UHGV virus genome: UHGV-0373331
DNA length: 36,618 nt
Source: a virus
Reading direction: 5' to 3' (one strand)
In this document: positions 19,492 to 27,903 of the stretch, in pieces
Position numbering within the stretch: the stretch's first letter is position 1
Layout: each line of letters starts with the position of its first letter
Notes under the pieces: model-generated
What the model saw: the letters and a program-made list of their open reading frames with translations, nothing else
Database searches by the model: none
What the model was told of the DNA's origin: nothing
Translations under genes and position numbers: made by a program

Positions 19492-19739
19492 CCTTTTACT
19501 GTTGCCATATCTTGCGGACTCATAAATGTACCAAAGAAATCTATTGGGTCTTGTAGTTTTTCTTTTTTAGGTTTATTATCTTTTGTAAACAGCTCCATTA
19601 GTAAATTATAGTCAGCGTTGTTAATTTCTGATAGAGACCATGTCCCAGACTCACTTGATAGAAGGTCAGTGTACATCTTATCCATTGCTTCAAGATGTTC
19701 TTCCCAACTTATTTCTGAGAGGTCTTTTTCACCTTTTTT
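19479..19739 (-). CDS. Tail assembly chaperone GT extension (-1 frame; expressed by programmed -1 frameshift at A_AAA_AAG)
   Basis: The -1 frame is open from the slippery heptamer through the ORF at 19479..19685. The heptamer is the reverse complement of 19733-19739. This gene order and frameshift are conserved in siphoviruses. Confidence 0.55.
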   Translation of the reverse strand, partial: KKGEKDLSEISWEEHLEAMDKMYTDLLSSESGTWSLSEINNADYNLLMELFTKDNKPKKEKLQDPIDFFGTFMSPQDMATVKGETL

Positions 19740-20038
19740 GATGGGGTTGCTTCTCCACCACCAATAGCATCAAATACGCCACCAAGTACTTCTTCTAGCT
19801 TATCTGCTTCAACCCCATTAATAATGGTGTCAAAGTTTACTTCTGGATTGTCAAATACCTCAGCTACTAACATAATCATTGTGTCAATTTGGTCTAAAGC
19901 TGACATTTCTTCCTCTCCAGATTGTACCTTTTCCATACGGGCTTGGAATTTCATCATTTCACGCATGGTCCGCACCTTGACTGATTTTTGTGTAAACTCT
20001 TTTGTTTTCCCGTCAATTTCTAATTTCAATTTAATCAT
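19709..20038 (-). CDS. Tail assembly chaperone G
   Basis: 109-aa ORF between the major tail protein and TMP, ending 30 nt after an AAAAAAG heptamer. Confidence 0.6.
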   Translation of the reverse strand: MIKLKLEIDGKTKEFTQKSVKVRTMREMMKFQARMEKVQSGEEEMSALDQIDTMIMLVAEVFDNPEVNFDTIINGVEADKLEEVLGGVFDAIGGGEATPSKKVKKTSQK

Positions 20039-20076
20039 TTTAGTTCCTCCAATTAGTTTTATTTCTTTACTATTTC

Positions 20077-20087
20077 ATTATAACATA
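20077..20087 (-). promoter_or_regulatory. Extended -10 TGtTATAAT upstream of the chaperone gene
   Basis: The reverse complement reads CTATGTTATAATGAAATAG, about 40 nt upstream of the start at 20038. Confidence 0.45.
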
Positions 20088-20111
20088 GATTCACTTACTT
20101 GTGCAATAAGA

Positions 20112-20137
20112 AAACCTAGTCAATTAAGACTAGGTTT
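20112..20137 (-). terminator. Terminator hairpin after the major tail protein gene
   Basis: AAACCTAGTC aattaa GACTAGGTTT, a 10-bp perfect stem. Confidence 0.55.
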
Positions 20138-20156
20138 AGTGGTTAAGCGGCATATA

Positions 20157-20720
20157 CTACTCTAATACGTTGTTTACTTTGTTAATGAAGTTTTCTAGTG
20201 TTAACTTGCTACCATCTTCCACACCACTCATATAAGCAATGCCACGTGAGTCCGTTACAAATGAACCTTCAATTGTTTCTGTATTTGGTTCTGTTCCACC
20301 AGATTCTGTAGTATTCAATGCTAATTCAGGGTGTGAGAAGCGTCCTTTGGTTAACCCAAGCAACATCTTCTTGCCATCTACTGTGCTTGATACAAATACT
20401 ACTGATACATAAGGTGCTTCCGTATCTTGTCCAACCATTGCTACGCCATCTTCGTCACGTGTGATACCCATAACACGCTCGTAAACGTTGTTTTTATAAA
20501 GGTCAAACACGTTTAATGAAGCTGTTAACTCGCCAACACCTTTAGCTGAAACGTAGATAGGTACATTTGAAGCGTATACTTTTATTTGGTCTGGTGAAAT
20601 TCCTGAGATACGTGCTTCAATAGTACCTCCACCTGTCTTATCAATTACTAATTGGTCTACGCCGTCTCCGCCTACTTTTGGTACAGAGATAATGGCTTTC
20701 TCGAAACCTACTAATGCCAT
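20157..20720 (-). CDS. Major tail protein
   Basis: 187 aa, positioned between the head-tail connector genes and the chaperones. Its N-terminus resembles TP901-1/phi13-type major tail proteins. Confidence 0.65.
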   Translation of the reverse strand: MALVGFEKAIISVPKVGGDGVDQLVIDKTGGGTIEARISGISPDQIKVYASNVPIYVSAKGVGELTASLNVFDLYKNNVYERVMGITRDEDGVAMVGQDTEAPYVSVVFVSSTVDGKKMLLGLTKGRFSHPELALNTTESGGTEPNTETIEGSFVTDSRGIAYMSGVEDGSKLTLENFINKVNNVLE

Positions 20721-20758
20721 ACTAAAAACTCCTTTTATTTTTATTTTCTTACTAGGTT

Positions 20759-20771
20759 AATTATAGCATAT
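20759..20771 (-). promoter_or_regulatory. Extended -10 TGcTATAAT upstream of the major tail protein gene
   Basis: The reverse complement reads GAATATGCTATAATTAACC. Confidence 0.45.
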
Positions 20772-20791
20772 TCTCAAGCCTTTGTGTTTGA

Positions 20792-21157
20792 TTACAAGAC
20801 ACGCTGTGACAGCACATAACGCTTAATAATCCTACGTCCTTCTTTCAAATCCTGGTCTTGTGTTTCTTCTGTATATGCACATTGAATACCTTGCTCTCTC
20901 ATGACTTTATCAAGTAAAAAGTAGTACTTGTTTGATTCTTGTACGTCACGCACCCATACATCCACCTGAACGCTTGTTGTTAGATAATTAGGTTGCTCTG
21001 AGGCATAATCTACATAGTCACCAGATAGCTCTACGATACGTCCTAATGGATAAGGTGGATTTACTTGTTTTTCTTCTTCAATCTGATTGACAAACCAGTT
21101 TATTTCTGGGATAGATTCTTCTAATACTTCAGCAATCATTAGAATTGGTAATTTCAT
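20792..21157 (-). CDS. Tail completion / tail-to-head joining protein
   Basis: Assigned from size and position only. Confidence 0.35.
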   Translation of the reverse strand: MKLPILMIAEVLEESIPEINWFVNQIEEEKQVNPPYPLGRIVELSGDYVDYASEQPNYLTTSVQVDVWVRDVQESNKYYFLLDKVMREQGIQCAYTEETQDQDLKEGRRIIKRYVLSQRVL

Positions 21158-21528
21158 TATTTCATCCTCCTCATCATTTCACTTTGAATAATATTGGCTA
21201 CTTTGTTTTCTATATCTTTCATTGTTGTTTCTATAAATGGTTGAGGGTCTTGTTTAATCGTTCCAAATTCTACAAAGTGCGCTCGCCATGCTACTTGTTT
21301 ATCAAAGCCTACTTCTGATTCTGGGTTATTTACCGTTGGTTTACTATACACAATATGGTCTCGCATATGTGTTTTTGTATCATAGTCAACTGGTGTTTTT
21401 ACTCGTAAATATCTTGACGCATATTCTCCACCAGCTTCAACAGCTTTGACTGCTGCTTTTTTAAATTGCTTTTCAGTTTTCCCTATAGCTTTATAGGCTG
21501 AACTAAAATCCACATAATTCTTTTTCAT
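21157..21528 (-). CDS. HK97 gp10-like head-tail connector protein
   Basis: Assigned from position and size, with an N-terminus similar to the HK97 gp10 family. Confidence 0.45.
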   Translation of the reverse strand: MKKNYVDFSSAYKAIGKTEKQFKKAAVKAVEAGGEYASRYLRVKTPVDYDTKTHMRDHIVYSKPTVNNPESEVGFDKQVAWRAHFVEFGTIKQDPQPFIETTMKDIENKVANIIQSEMMRRMK

Positions 21529-21530
21529 AG

Positions 21531-21866
21531 TTAATCCTCCACTTGTTTACATACTAATGTAGTGAAGTCTCTATCAAATGAACCTTCCAGAATATCTTCT
21601 ATTCTGTATTGTTTACCTTTGAACTCAATACGATTAGACTTTGAAACCAGTTGTCCTGTATCGTATCTAATAATAAAGTTTGTTGTATTAGCTAGCGTTG
21701 TCCCATAGGTATCTTGATAGTCTTTAAAATACTGCTGTTTGACGGAACACCATATTTTTCTATCTGGATTCCATGTTTCAATCCACTCAAAGAACTCATT
21801 TCGTGAGCGCGTTTTCACTAGTAGTGTAATCCGCTGGTTCAGCTTGGATGTCTTGATATTCGCCAT
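21531..21866 (-). CDS. Head-tail adaptor / head closure protein (SPP1 gp16-like)
   Basis: Assigned from position and size (about 110 aa). Confidence 0.45.
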   Translation of the reverse strand: MANIKTSKLNQRITLLVKTRSRNEFFEWIETWNPDRKIWCSVKQQYFKDYQDTYGTTLANTTNFIIRYDTGQLVSKSNRIEFKGKQYRIEDILEGSFDRDFTTLVCKQVED

Positions 21867-22134
21867 GATTTAACCCCCTCAATTGATGAATCATTGCTGT
21901 GATAGTAAATGGTACTTGTTGTTGTAGTGCATTTGTAGCTGGAACACGATTTTCATACCATAAGGACACAAGCATGAAGATTAGTGTATTTGTTTTTGGG
22001 TCATCTGGTAATACTGTTACCTCAATACTACCTAAAATATAGAGTTGTGCTGCGCCAAGTAACATTTCTAAGTAGGTGTCATCCTCATCATAGTCAATAC
22101 GCAAATTGTTTTTGATTTCTTCTACTGTTAGCAT
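21796..22134 (-). CDS. gp6-like head-tail connector (DNA packaging) protein
   Basis: Start refined to ATG 22134, after AAAGGAGTG. The N-terminus LTVEEIKNNLRIDYDEDDTYLEMLLGAA matches the Phage_connect_1 family. Confidence 0.5.
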   Translation of the reverse strand: MLTVEEIKNNLRIDYDEDDTYLEMLLGAAQLYILGSIEVTVLPDDPKTNTLIFMLVSLWYENRVPATNALQQQVPFTITAMIHQLRGLNHGEYQDIQAEPADYTTSENALTK

Positions 22135-22164
22135 TGACTCTATCACTCCTTTATCATATAATAA

Positions 22165-22200
22165 AAGAGAGCTGAGACATGAGCCCCACCTCTCTTAGTG
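22165..22200 (-). terminator. Hairpin terminator after the capsid / Ig-extension coding region
   Basis: AAGAGAG...CTCTCTT stem with a T-rich tract on the minus strand. Confidence 0.4.
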
Positions 22201-22328
22201 TTATCAACCTGCTGGATTTGTTACTGTTACCGTTTTATCAGTAGCATTAGAAGGGGCTACAGTCGCTGTTAAAGCAACTGTGTTACCCACTTCTACGCTT
22301 GCTGTTTCAGGTGTTACAGTAACGCCTG

Positions 22329-23525
22329 TTACTTTACCTCTGGTGTAAGAGTTAAGAATTTACCCGCTGCTGCGTCTATTTTTTTAACGTCAAAACGCAT
22401 AGCTGCGGCTAGAATTTCTCCATAGTTTTGATGCTCTTGCCAACGAACTGCCATTTCGTTACGGTCAAAGAATGATGTAAATCCCGCTGGATCTCCCAAG
22501 AATGCTACTTTAGCGCCTGCTGAACCTCCTAGCAATTTATCAGAAAGTACTGTCACATTCAAACCAAGTAGTGATTTACCTGATTGAGCAGTGATTGAAG
22601 GTTGTAACATGTAACGTCCTTCATTGTCTTTCATTAAGTCTACTTCATTATAGAATGATTGAGAAACTACAAATTGTAAGTTATATGCTGGGTCAAACTC
22701 AGTATTGATGATTGCTTTGATTTCATCCAAATTCTTAACAGTTTTAGGTGTTGCTGTTTTCAAGTTTTCAACAATTTTAGAGTTTGCTGTGTTCAATGCA
22801 ATACGTTGAATATGACGTGCGATTAAAGCACCCAAATCTTCATCTGAATCATCTAAAGATTCACGAGAAACTGGAATTTGTCCACGATAAGTGTCAACAT
22901 CATACAATACATTTTCAAATTGTGGTTTGTCCAAATCAGGATTTGCTTCAAGTTCTTCAACAGTGTGCATTACAGCCTCTGTTGATTTCAAGATAGGGTA
23001 TTTACCAGTTGGAGTGCTTACTTTCACTGTTTGAACTAGGTTTCGTAAATCTACAACTGTTTCAGGCAATGTTTTTGTTTTTGTAACAATATCTTGAGGA
23101 ATAATAGCACCTACATCAGTTGATTTAACACCTTCTGGAAGCGCTCGCAAGTCCATTTTAGGGTTATGAGAACGTACATAATTTAAAAATCCACGAACTT
23201 CTGTTTCTGGCTGAGAGATTTCTTTTCCATCTAACACTACTTTTTCCATATTTTCTTCTTCTCCTTCTTGCTCTAATGAGCGTTGTTCTTCATCTTCTGG
23301 TTGTTCTTCTGGTTGTGTTTCTGTTTCTGGTTCTTTTGGTTCTTCTTTTTCTTCATCTTTTTTTTCTTCAACAATTTTATCTTCTTCAGGCTGTTCTTCA
23401 GAAGCTTTATTTTCTAACTCTTCTGCATCATGTTTCTTAATTGCGTCAACTAAACTACGTGCTTCCTCAAATTTGCCTTCTGACAATAAATCATGTGCTT
23501 TTTTGATTTGCTCTTCACGATTCAA
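22329..23525 (-). CDS. Major capsid protein (HK97 fold) with an N-terminal acidic scaffolding-like (delta) domain
   Basis: TTG start after GGAGTG. The N-terminal 110 aa are coiled-coil and E/P/Q-rich. It lies next to an HK97-type protease and portal. Confidence 0.75.
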   Translation of the reverse strand: MNREEQIKKAHDLLSEGKFEEARSLVDAIKKHDAEELENKASEEQPEEDKIVEEKKDEEKEEPKEPETETQPEEQPEDEEQRSLEQEGEEENMEKVVLDGKEISQPETEVRGFLNYVRSHNPKMDLRALPEGVKSTDVGAIIPQDIVTKTKTLPETVVDLRNLVQTVKVSTPTGKYPILKSTEAVMHTVEELEANPDLDKPQFENVLYDVDTYRGQIPVSRESLDDSDEDLGALIARHIQRIALNTANSKIVENLKTATPKTVKNLDEIKAIINTEFDPAYNLQFVVSQSFYNEVDLMKDNEGRYMLQPSITAQSGKSLLGLNVTVLSDKLLGGSAGAKVAFLGDPAGFTSFFDRNEMAVRWQEHQNYGEILAAAMRFDVKKIDAAAGKFLTLTPEVK

Positions 23526-23558
23526 TCAATCTCACTCCTTCACTAGCTTTCTGTTTTA

Positions 23559-23607
23559 ATTATAGCATACATATAAGAAGTTGTGGGCTTTAAATTACAA
23601 GCCCAAC
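23559..23607 (-). promoter_or_regulatory. Hairpin (23585-23607) plus extended -10 TGcTATAAT (reverse complement of 23559-23567) upstream of the capsid gene
   Basis: The reverse complement reads ATGTATGCTATAATTAAAAC. The stem is GTGGGCTT/AAGCCCAAC. Confidence 0.45.
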
Positions 23608-24143
23608 AGCTCCAATTCAACTTCTAAGCGTTGTTTCTCTAATTCATTAACAGCTTCTTCTAGTGAGCGTGTAGCAACTCGCACATCCGTGTCATCATAG
23701 GCTGGAATTGATACTAGAGAAATTTCTAATAATGAACCAATCTTGTTGATTGAACGTTTCATAATGTCTTTACCTTTTGTCCATTTATCTTTAGCTACTG
23801 TGAAGCCAAATGAGCACTGATTCAGGTCACCGCGTTTTACAAGTTCCATTGCGTCACGTCCATTACTTGTATCAGGAAGTACACAACGAAAACGTAAACC
23901 AATACCATCTACATTCAGTTCCAGTGTTCCGCTTGATGTGCGTCCTAATAACTTACTAGAGTCGTGATCCATGAAGCACCGTACATCTGTTAAGTCTACA
24001 CCGTCTAACGCTTCTGGTGAAATCGTCTCCACAAATCCACCTAAGTTACGTGATTCTTTATTGAATTTTAGTGCGTACCCTTCTACTACATTATCCTCTG
24101 TCTTCTCCAGTGTCTGTAGGGCTCTGATCTCCAACTTCTTCAT
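23595..24143 (-). CDS. Prohead protease (HK97 family, peptidase U35/S78)
   Basis: GYALKFN...FMDHDSSKLLGRT...GLRFRCVLPDTSNGRDAMELVKRGDLNQCSFGF is the HK97 protease signature region. Confidence 0.75.
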   Translation of the reverse strand: MKKLEIRALQTLEKTEDNVVEGYALKFNKESRNLGGFVETISPEALDGVDLTDVRCFMDHDSSKLLGRTSSGTLELNVDGIGLRFRCVLPDTSNGRDAMELVKRGDLNQCSFGFTVAKDKWTKGKDIMKRSINKIGSLLEISLVSIPAYDDTDVRVATRSLEEAVNELEKQRLEVELELLGL

Positions 24144-25293
24144 TAAAATTCACTTCCTGTTCTGTTTTATTTTCAGTTGTTTCTGGTGTTTGACCCAGTA
24201 GGGCTTCTCCTCCTTCAATCTCATTGAAACCAAGGTATCCCCGAGCGTCATTTACAGTTAGTGCTTGTGCAAAGTCAGACTTAACTCTTCCTTCTCCAAT
24301 TCTACGCATTCTATCCTCTTTTGTATCTTGACGTAGTTTAGATAAATCTAACTCCAACTCTACTCCTAATTTTAGGTTTATCTCATCACAGATAGATGAC
24401 TCATACATGGTAATCGTGCTGGCGATATATATGTCATTCTGACTTGTGTCAGATGAGTTGACTAGTTCTTGTCCAAATCTACTTACTGGAATACCCAATA
24501 CTTTGGCAATCTGTTGCGTGGTAAATTTATTGGTTTGAATCAATTTCAGTACTTCTGTGTTTATTTTACTGTCAGTGAACTCTTGCGAGTCATCTATTAC
24601 GACAACTCCACCGTTTCCATTCACTGCTTCAAAGTCATCTCTAATTTGTTTCTTAGCACTGTTGTTGACTGTACCATTTAATAATTTAAGAATACCTCCA
24701 GAGAATACACCTTTTGAAAAGAAATTATTTAGCACTTTTAACCCATTAGTTTGTAGTGATATTTCGTCATTTAATGATAGTAATGGTGAGCGTCCTAACC
24801 AGCCATCTGTTGTGCTTACCTTGAAGTGTAAGATTTCACGTGGGTTACATTTGTACATGATATTTCCATATGGCATGTTAACCTCATATCTGTATAAGCC
24901 TGTTGCCAAGTCTCTGATGACATTAACCTGTTGTGTTTCTACAAATTCTAACTCTTTTACACTATCATCGTTGTTCCTATGAATGAGTACATACGCATTT
25001 CCTGTTAAAATAAGGTTTGAAACCACCGCATACATCATTGTGTAGTGTGATTGATTTATCTTTGGTTCTTTATTTAACAAGTACAACAAATCTTCATCAA
25101 TAGTTGCCGTCTCAACAGGTTTAAATGGACTTTGTGCAATATCTCCAGCAATGATATTCACTCCAGTATAAATATCTGAGTTTGTCAATGCTTTTAGGCC
25201 AGTAAAGTTGGTAGTGTAAACTGTTCCAGTATTGATATAATCAATAAATTGTTGCTCTGTTACTGGATCTCCGTTGTTTATGAATAATCCCAT
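24091..25293 (-). CDS. Portal protein (HK97 family)
   Basis: 400 aa, located between terL and the protease. Its RBS GGAGAAGGGAGG lies inside the upstream small ORF. Confidence 0.8.
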   Translation of the reverse strand: MGLFINNGDPVTEQQFIDYINTGTVYTTNFTGLKALTNSDIYTGVNIIAGDIAQSPFKPVETATIDEDLLYLLNKEPKINQSHYTMMYAVVSNLILTGNAYVLIHRNNDDSVKELEFVETQQVNVIRDLATGLYRYEVNMPYGNIMYKCNPREILHFKVSTTDGWLGRSPLLSLNDEISLQTNGLKVLNNFFSKGVFSGGILKLLNGTVNNSAKKQIRDDFEAVNGNGGVVVIDDSQEFTDSKINTEVLKLIQTNKFTTQQIAKVLGIPVSRFGQELVNSSDTSQNDIYIASTITMYESSICDEINLKLGVELELDLSKLRQDTKEDRMRRIGEGRVKSDFAQALTVNDARGYLGFNEIEGGEALLGQTPETTENKTEQEVNFNEEVGDQSPTDTGEDRG

Positions 25294-25296
25294 TTA

Positions 25297-25473
25297 TTAT
25301 GACCTCCCTTCTCCTGAATTAGTGGCTTCATGATATAAAACAATCGTTGCTATCATGAACAATATACCACAGGTGAATAACCCTATGCTATTTGATACTA
25401 AAAACGCTGATAAAGCGATAAATACTGAGCTAATTATATACAAAACAGCTACAATAACCGCAACAAATTTCAT
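25297..25473 (-). CDS. Unannotated 58-aa two-TM membrane protein between terL and portal
   Basis: MKFVAVIVAVLYIISSVFIALSAFLVSNSIGLFTCGILFMIATIVLYHEATNSGEGRS is preceded by AAAAGGAGCG 7 nt before the ATG. Tandem stops TAATAA are followed directly by the portal ATG. Confidence 0.45.
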   Translation of the reverse strand: MKFVAVIVAVLYIISSVFIALSAFLVSNSIGLFTCGILFMIATIVLYHEATNSGEGRS

Positions 25474-25507
25474 GTTTTCACGCTCCTTTTGCGATATTTC
25501 TAACTCT

Positions 25508-25557
25508 ATTTTAACACAAAATATAAGAAAAAAGTATGCTGTTTAGGCATACTTTCA
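25508..25557 (-). promoter_or_regulatory. Terminator hairpin (25532-25557) plus extended -10-like TGtTAAAAT (reverse complement of 25508-25518) after terL
   Basis: AAAGTATGC tgtttag GCATACTTT stem, then T6 on the minus strand, then TGTGTTAAAATAG. Confidence 0.4.
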
Positions 25558-25566
25558 TGTGTGGTA

Positions 25567-27339
25567 CTAGTAACCAAAGCCAAACTCACCACTATCTAGT
25601 AAATCTTGCAATGTTGGTGCGTCATAATCATGATATTGAGCGTCACTCATCGCATTTATTATGGCGTCAAGTGAGTCAATTTTATTCCTGTTTATTTGCT
25701 TATCAATAGCAACACTGTCATTGTACTCTTTAATCATAGCATTATATGCCGCACGATTCAATAAAGGATTGTTGGTGTGCATTACTTCACCTCTACGAAT
25801 TAATTCACGCAAGGCTCTTGTTGGTGAAGATAAATAGTTAATTTTCTGCGGCACTTCAATTAGTTTTTTAGGATAGGTTTTACTTAGATTAATCAAAGCT
25901 TTGTCCATCATAAATGGGTCATAATAAATACCTACCAATTGCAAGTCATTATAATCTATGAAGTCACGTATCCAATCACACATCTCTTCTGTGTCTATTA
26001 GACCATCATCTCGTTGTGATATATGAATGAGATTCATGGACTCATATTGTCTATATGGTATCTTGTCAATTGCTTGTTTGTGATCTATGCCGCCAACAGA
26101 TGAAACAAAACCATGCGTATCCAGTAATAACTTATGTTCTTCTTCTATTGGAACAATCCATGAAACCGCGGTCATGTCTGACGTTCTGGCTAGGTCAATA
26201 CCAAGATATACTTTTCTACCTCTAATATCATACTTATTACGTGCTTTTATTGCGTCCCATTCTTCCTTGGTTACAAAACTATCTTTGGATGATTGAACCC
26301 AAAAATTTTCTTCTTTTGTAAGCCAACCAGATAGATCCATTTTACCTTTGTACTCATCAAGTGAGTTGCGCTTGTGTTCCATCATTGACTCATAGGCTTC
26401 TGGTATTTCTAGTAAAGGGTTTGCCTTTATCCAGTTAGCTTCATCATCTACCTCTGAAAGATTATCCATCTCCCAGCATAACGCTAGATAAGCATCAGCT
26501 TTAACCTCTTCGTTTAGTAACTTTTCAACAAATGCATAATCTATAGTAAACATAGGTCCATTTAGATTCTTTGTTGCGGTGGATATCATTAGAATTAATC
26601 CTTCTACTTGTTGCGCTTGCGATGATTCTAATACTTCAATAATGCTTGTGTCTTTAGCTTCACCATACTCATCTAAAATACCACACAAAACATCTAATCC
26701 ATCTAGTGTGTCTGCGTCACTTGACAATGGCTTAACTGTTGATTCGTCACTGGCTTCAATATCATATCTACGTACGGTTGTTCTTTTCTTCACTTCTTTT
26801 GATACACTACGTAGTGCTGTTAACTGCGATTTGAGCATTCTGAAAACGATTCCAGCTTGGTCTTTTGTATTCGCTGCCGCTACTACTTGGCGGCTGGCTG
26901 CTGGGTTCTTACCAAACAAAAACTCGTATAACGCAATACCAGCTACGATTAAAGACTTACCATTCTTACGTGCTAGGGATATATAAGCTTTTCTAAAACG
27001 TCTAGTATTATCCCTCTTTTTACGCCAGCCATATAGTAAACCAATAATGAATTTTTGGAATGTGGCTAGCTTCATTGGCTTACGACTTTTGGGCTCAGGC
27101 AGCATTTCCATAAATCTAATAACAGGTAACGCTTCTTCTGGTCTATAAATATATGGATAGTCTGGAGTTTTAGATAACTCCACCTCTCTCTGATGACGTT
27201 CAATAGCCTTCTTAATTTTTGTTCCTACACGAATGTCCACTTTAATGGTCTTATATTTTCCATCTTCAACAACGTATTTCTTGCCTTCTACATATCCTTT
27301 TTCAATTAAATCTATATAATCTTGTACTGGATCAAACAT
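25567..27339 (-). CDS. Terminase large subunit
   Basis: 590 aa with a Walker A-like ARKNGKS, a C-terminal nuclease region, and its position after terS. Confidence 0.85.
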   Translation of the reverse strand: MFDPVQDYIDLIEKGYVEGKKYVVEDGKYKTIKVDIRVGTKIKKAIERHQREVELSKTPDYPYIYRPEEALPVIRFMEMLPEPKSRKPMKLATFQKFIIGLLYGWRKKRDNTRRFRKAYISLARKNGKSLIVAGIALYEFLFGKNPAASRQVVAAANTKDQAGIVFRMLKSQLTALRSVSKEVKKRTTVRRYDIEASDESTVKPLSSDADTLDGLDVLCGILDEYGEAKDTSIIEVLESSQAQQVEGLILMISTATKNLNGPMFTIDYAFVEKLLNEEVKADAYLALCWEMDNLSEVDDEANWIKANPLLEIPEAYESMMEHKRNSLDEYKGKMDLSGWLTKEENFWVQSSKDSFVTKEEWDAIKARNKYDIRGRKVYLGIDLARTSDMTAVSWIVPIEEEHKLLLDTHGFVSSVGGIDHKQAIDKIPYRQYESMNLIHISQRDDGLIDTEEMCDWIRDFIDYNDLQLVGIYYDPFMMDKALINLSKTYPKKLIEVPQKINYLSSPTRALRELIRRGEVMHTNNPLLNRAAYNAMIKEYNDSVAIDKQINRNKIDSLDAIINAMSDAQYHDYDAPTLQDLLDSGEFGFGY

Positions 27340-27371
27340 TTATGTATCCTCCTTTTATGCTAGTCACTTAT

Positions 27372-27420
27372 ATTATAGCACCTACTAAGCACCCACTAGT
27401 TAGCTAGACTAGTGGGTGCT
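27372..27420 (-). promoter_or_regulatory. Terminator hairpin (27386-27420, 15-bp stem) plus extended -10 TGcTATAAT (reverse complement of 27372-27380) between terS and terL
   Basis: AAGCACCCACTAGT tagctag ACTAGTGGGTGCTT. The reverse complement reads GTAGGTGCTATAATATAAG. Confidence 0.5.
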
Positions 27421-27434
27421 TAGTTTTGTATAGG

Positions 27435-27899
27435 TTATCCCTCAAACATTTTTGCAAATGGGTCAATTACTTCTTTCTCTTTCTCTGCTGGAAGAATTAT
27501 CTTCATTCGTGAATTGATTGTTAACCCTAAATCGTTGGTTGCCGTTTTAAGCTCTTTTGAGTAGGAGTTCATTGCAGCAACCCAGGGATTGGCTTTACCT
27601 GTCTCAGGGTCAATAGCGCCCATCTGTGCCACTTTCTCTACTGCCTCTGCATATAAATAGTTGTAATTACAGTATCTAATAACGGTATTAACATCTAATT
27701 CAGAAATAGGTAAGTCACCTACATAAGCGCCAATGCGATCCCACTCGTTGAATGCTTGTGGTAATAAACCTGGTGGATAAAAACTGAAGTCTAGCTTTTC
27801 ATAGTTATAAAGTACTTCTTCCTCCTTCTCACGCTCTTCTCGTTGCTGAGTGGTCAAGTTACCACTCTGAGCGTTTAATAATTTTCGTGGTCTTGCCAT
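27435..27899 (-). CDS. Terminase small subunit (P27 family)
   Basis: Start refined to the ATG giving MARPRKLLNAQSGN, after AAGGAGTG. This removes the overlap with the HNH gene. Confidence 0.7.
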   Translation of the reverse strand: MARPRKLLNAQSGNLTTQQREEREKEEEVLYNYEKLDFSFYPPGLLPQAFNEWDRIGAYVGDLPISELDVNTVIRYCNYNYLYAEAVEKVAQMGAIDPETGKANPWVAAMNSYSKELKTATNDLGLTINSRMKIILPAEKEKEVIDPFAKMFEG

Positions 27900-27903
27900 A
27901 TTA

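Noticed and set aside
19412-19492. Track-annotated TMP start at 19492 (MRHFSTPLEC...)
   Set aside because: That extension reads through a terminator hairpin and a -10 element. ATG 19411 has a perfect RBS (AAAAGGAGTG) and gives MAQDRPIG.
23280-23400. Apparent tandem DNA repeats (ttcttctggttg-like) in the capsid gene
   Set aside because: They reflect the acidic E/P/Q-rich low-complexity scaffolding-like segment of the capsid protein, not a non-coding repeat.
25355-25546. Plus-strand 63-aa ORF in the terL-portal gap
   Set aside because: It has no RBS and runs against the local transcription direction. The minus-strand 58-aa ORF with a strong RBS explains the region better.
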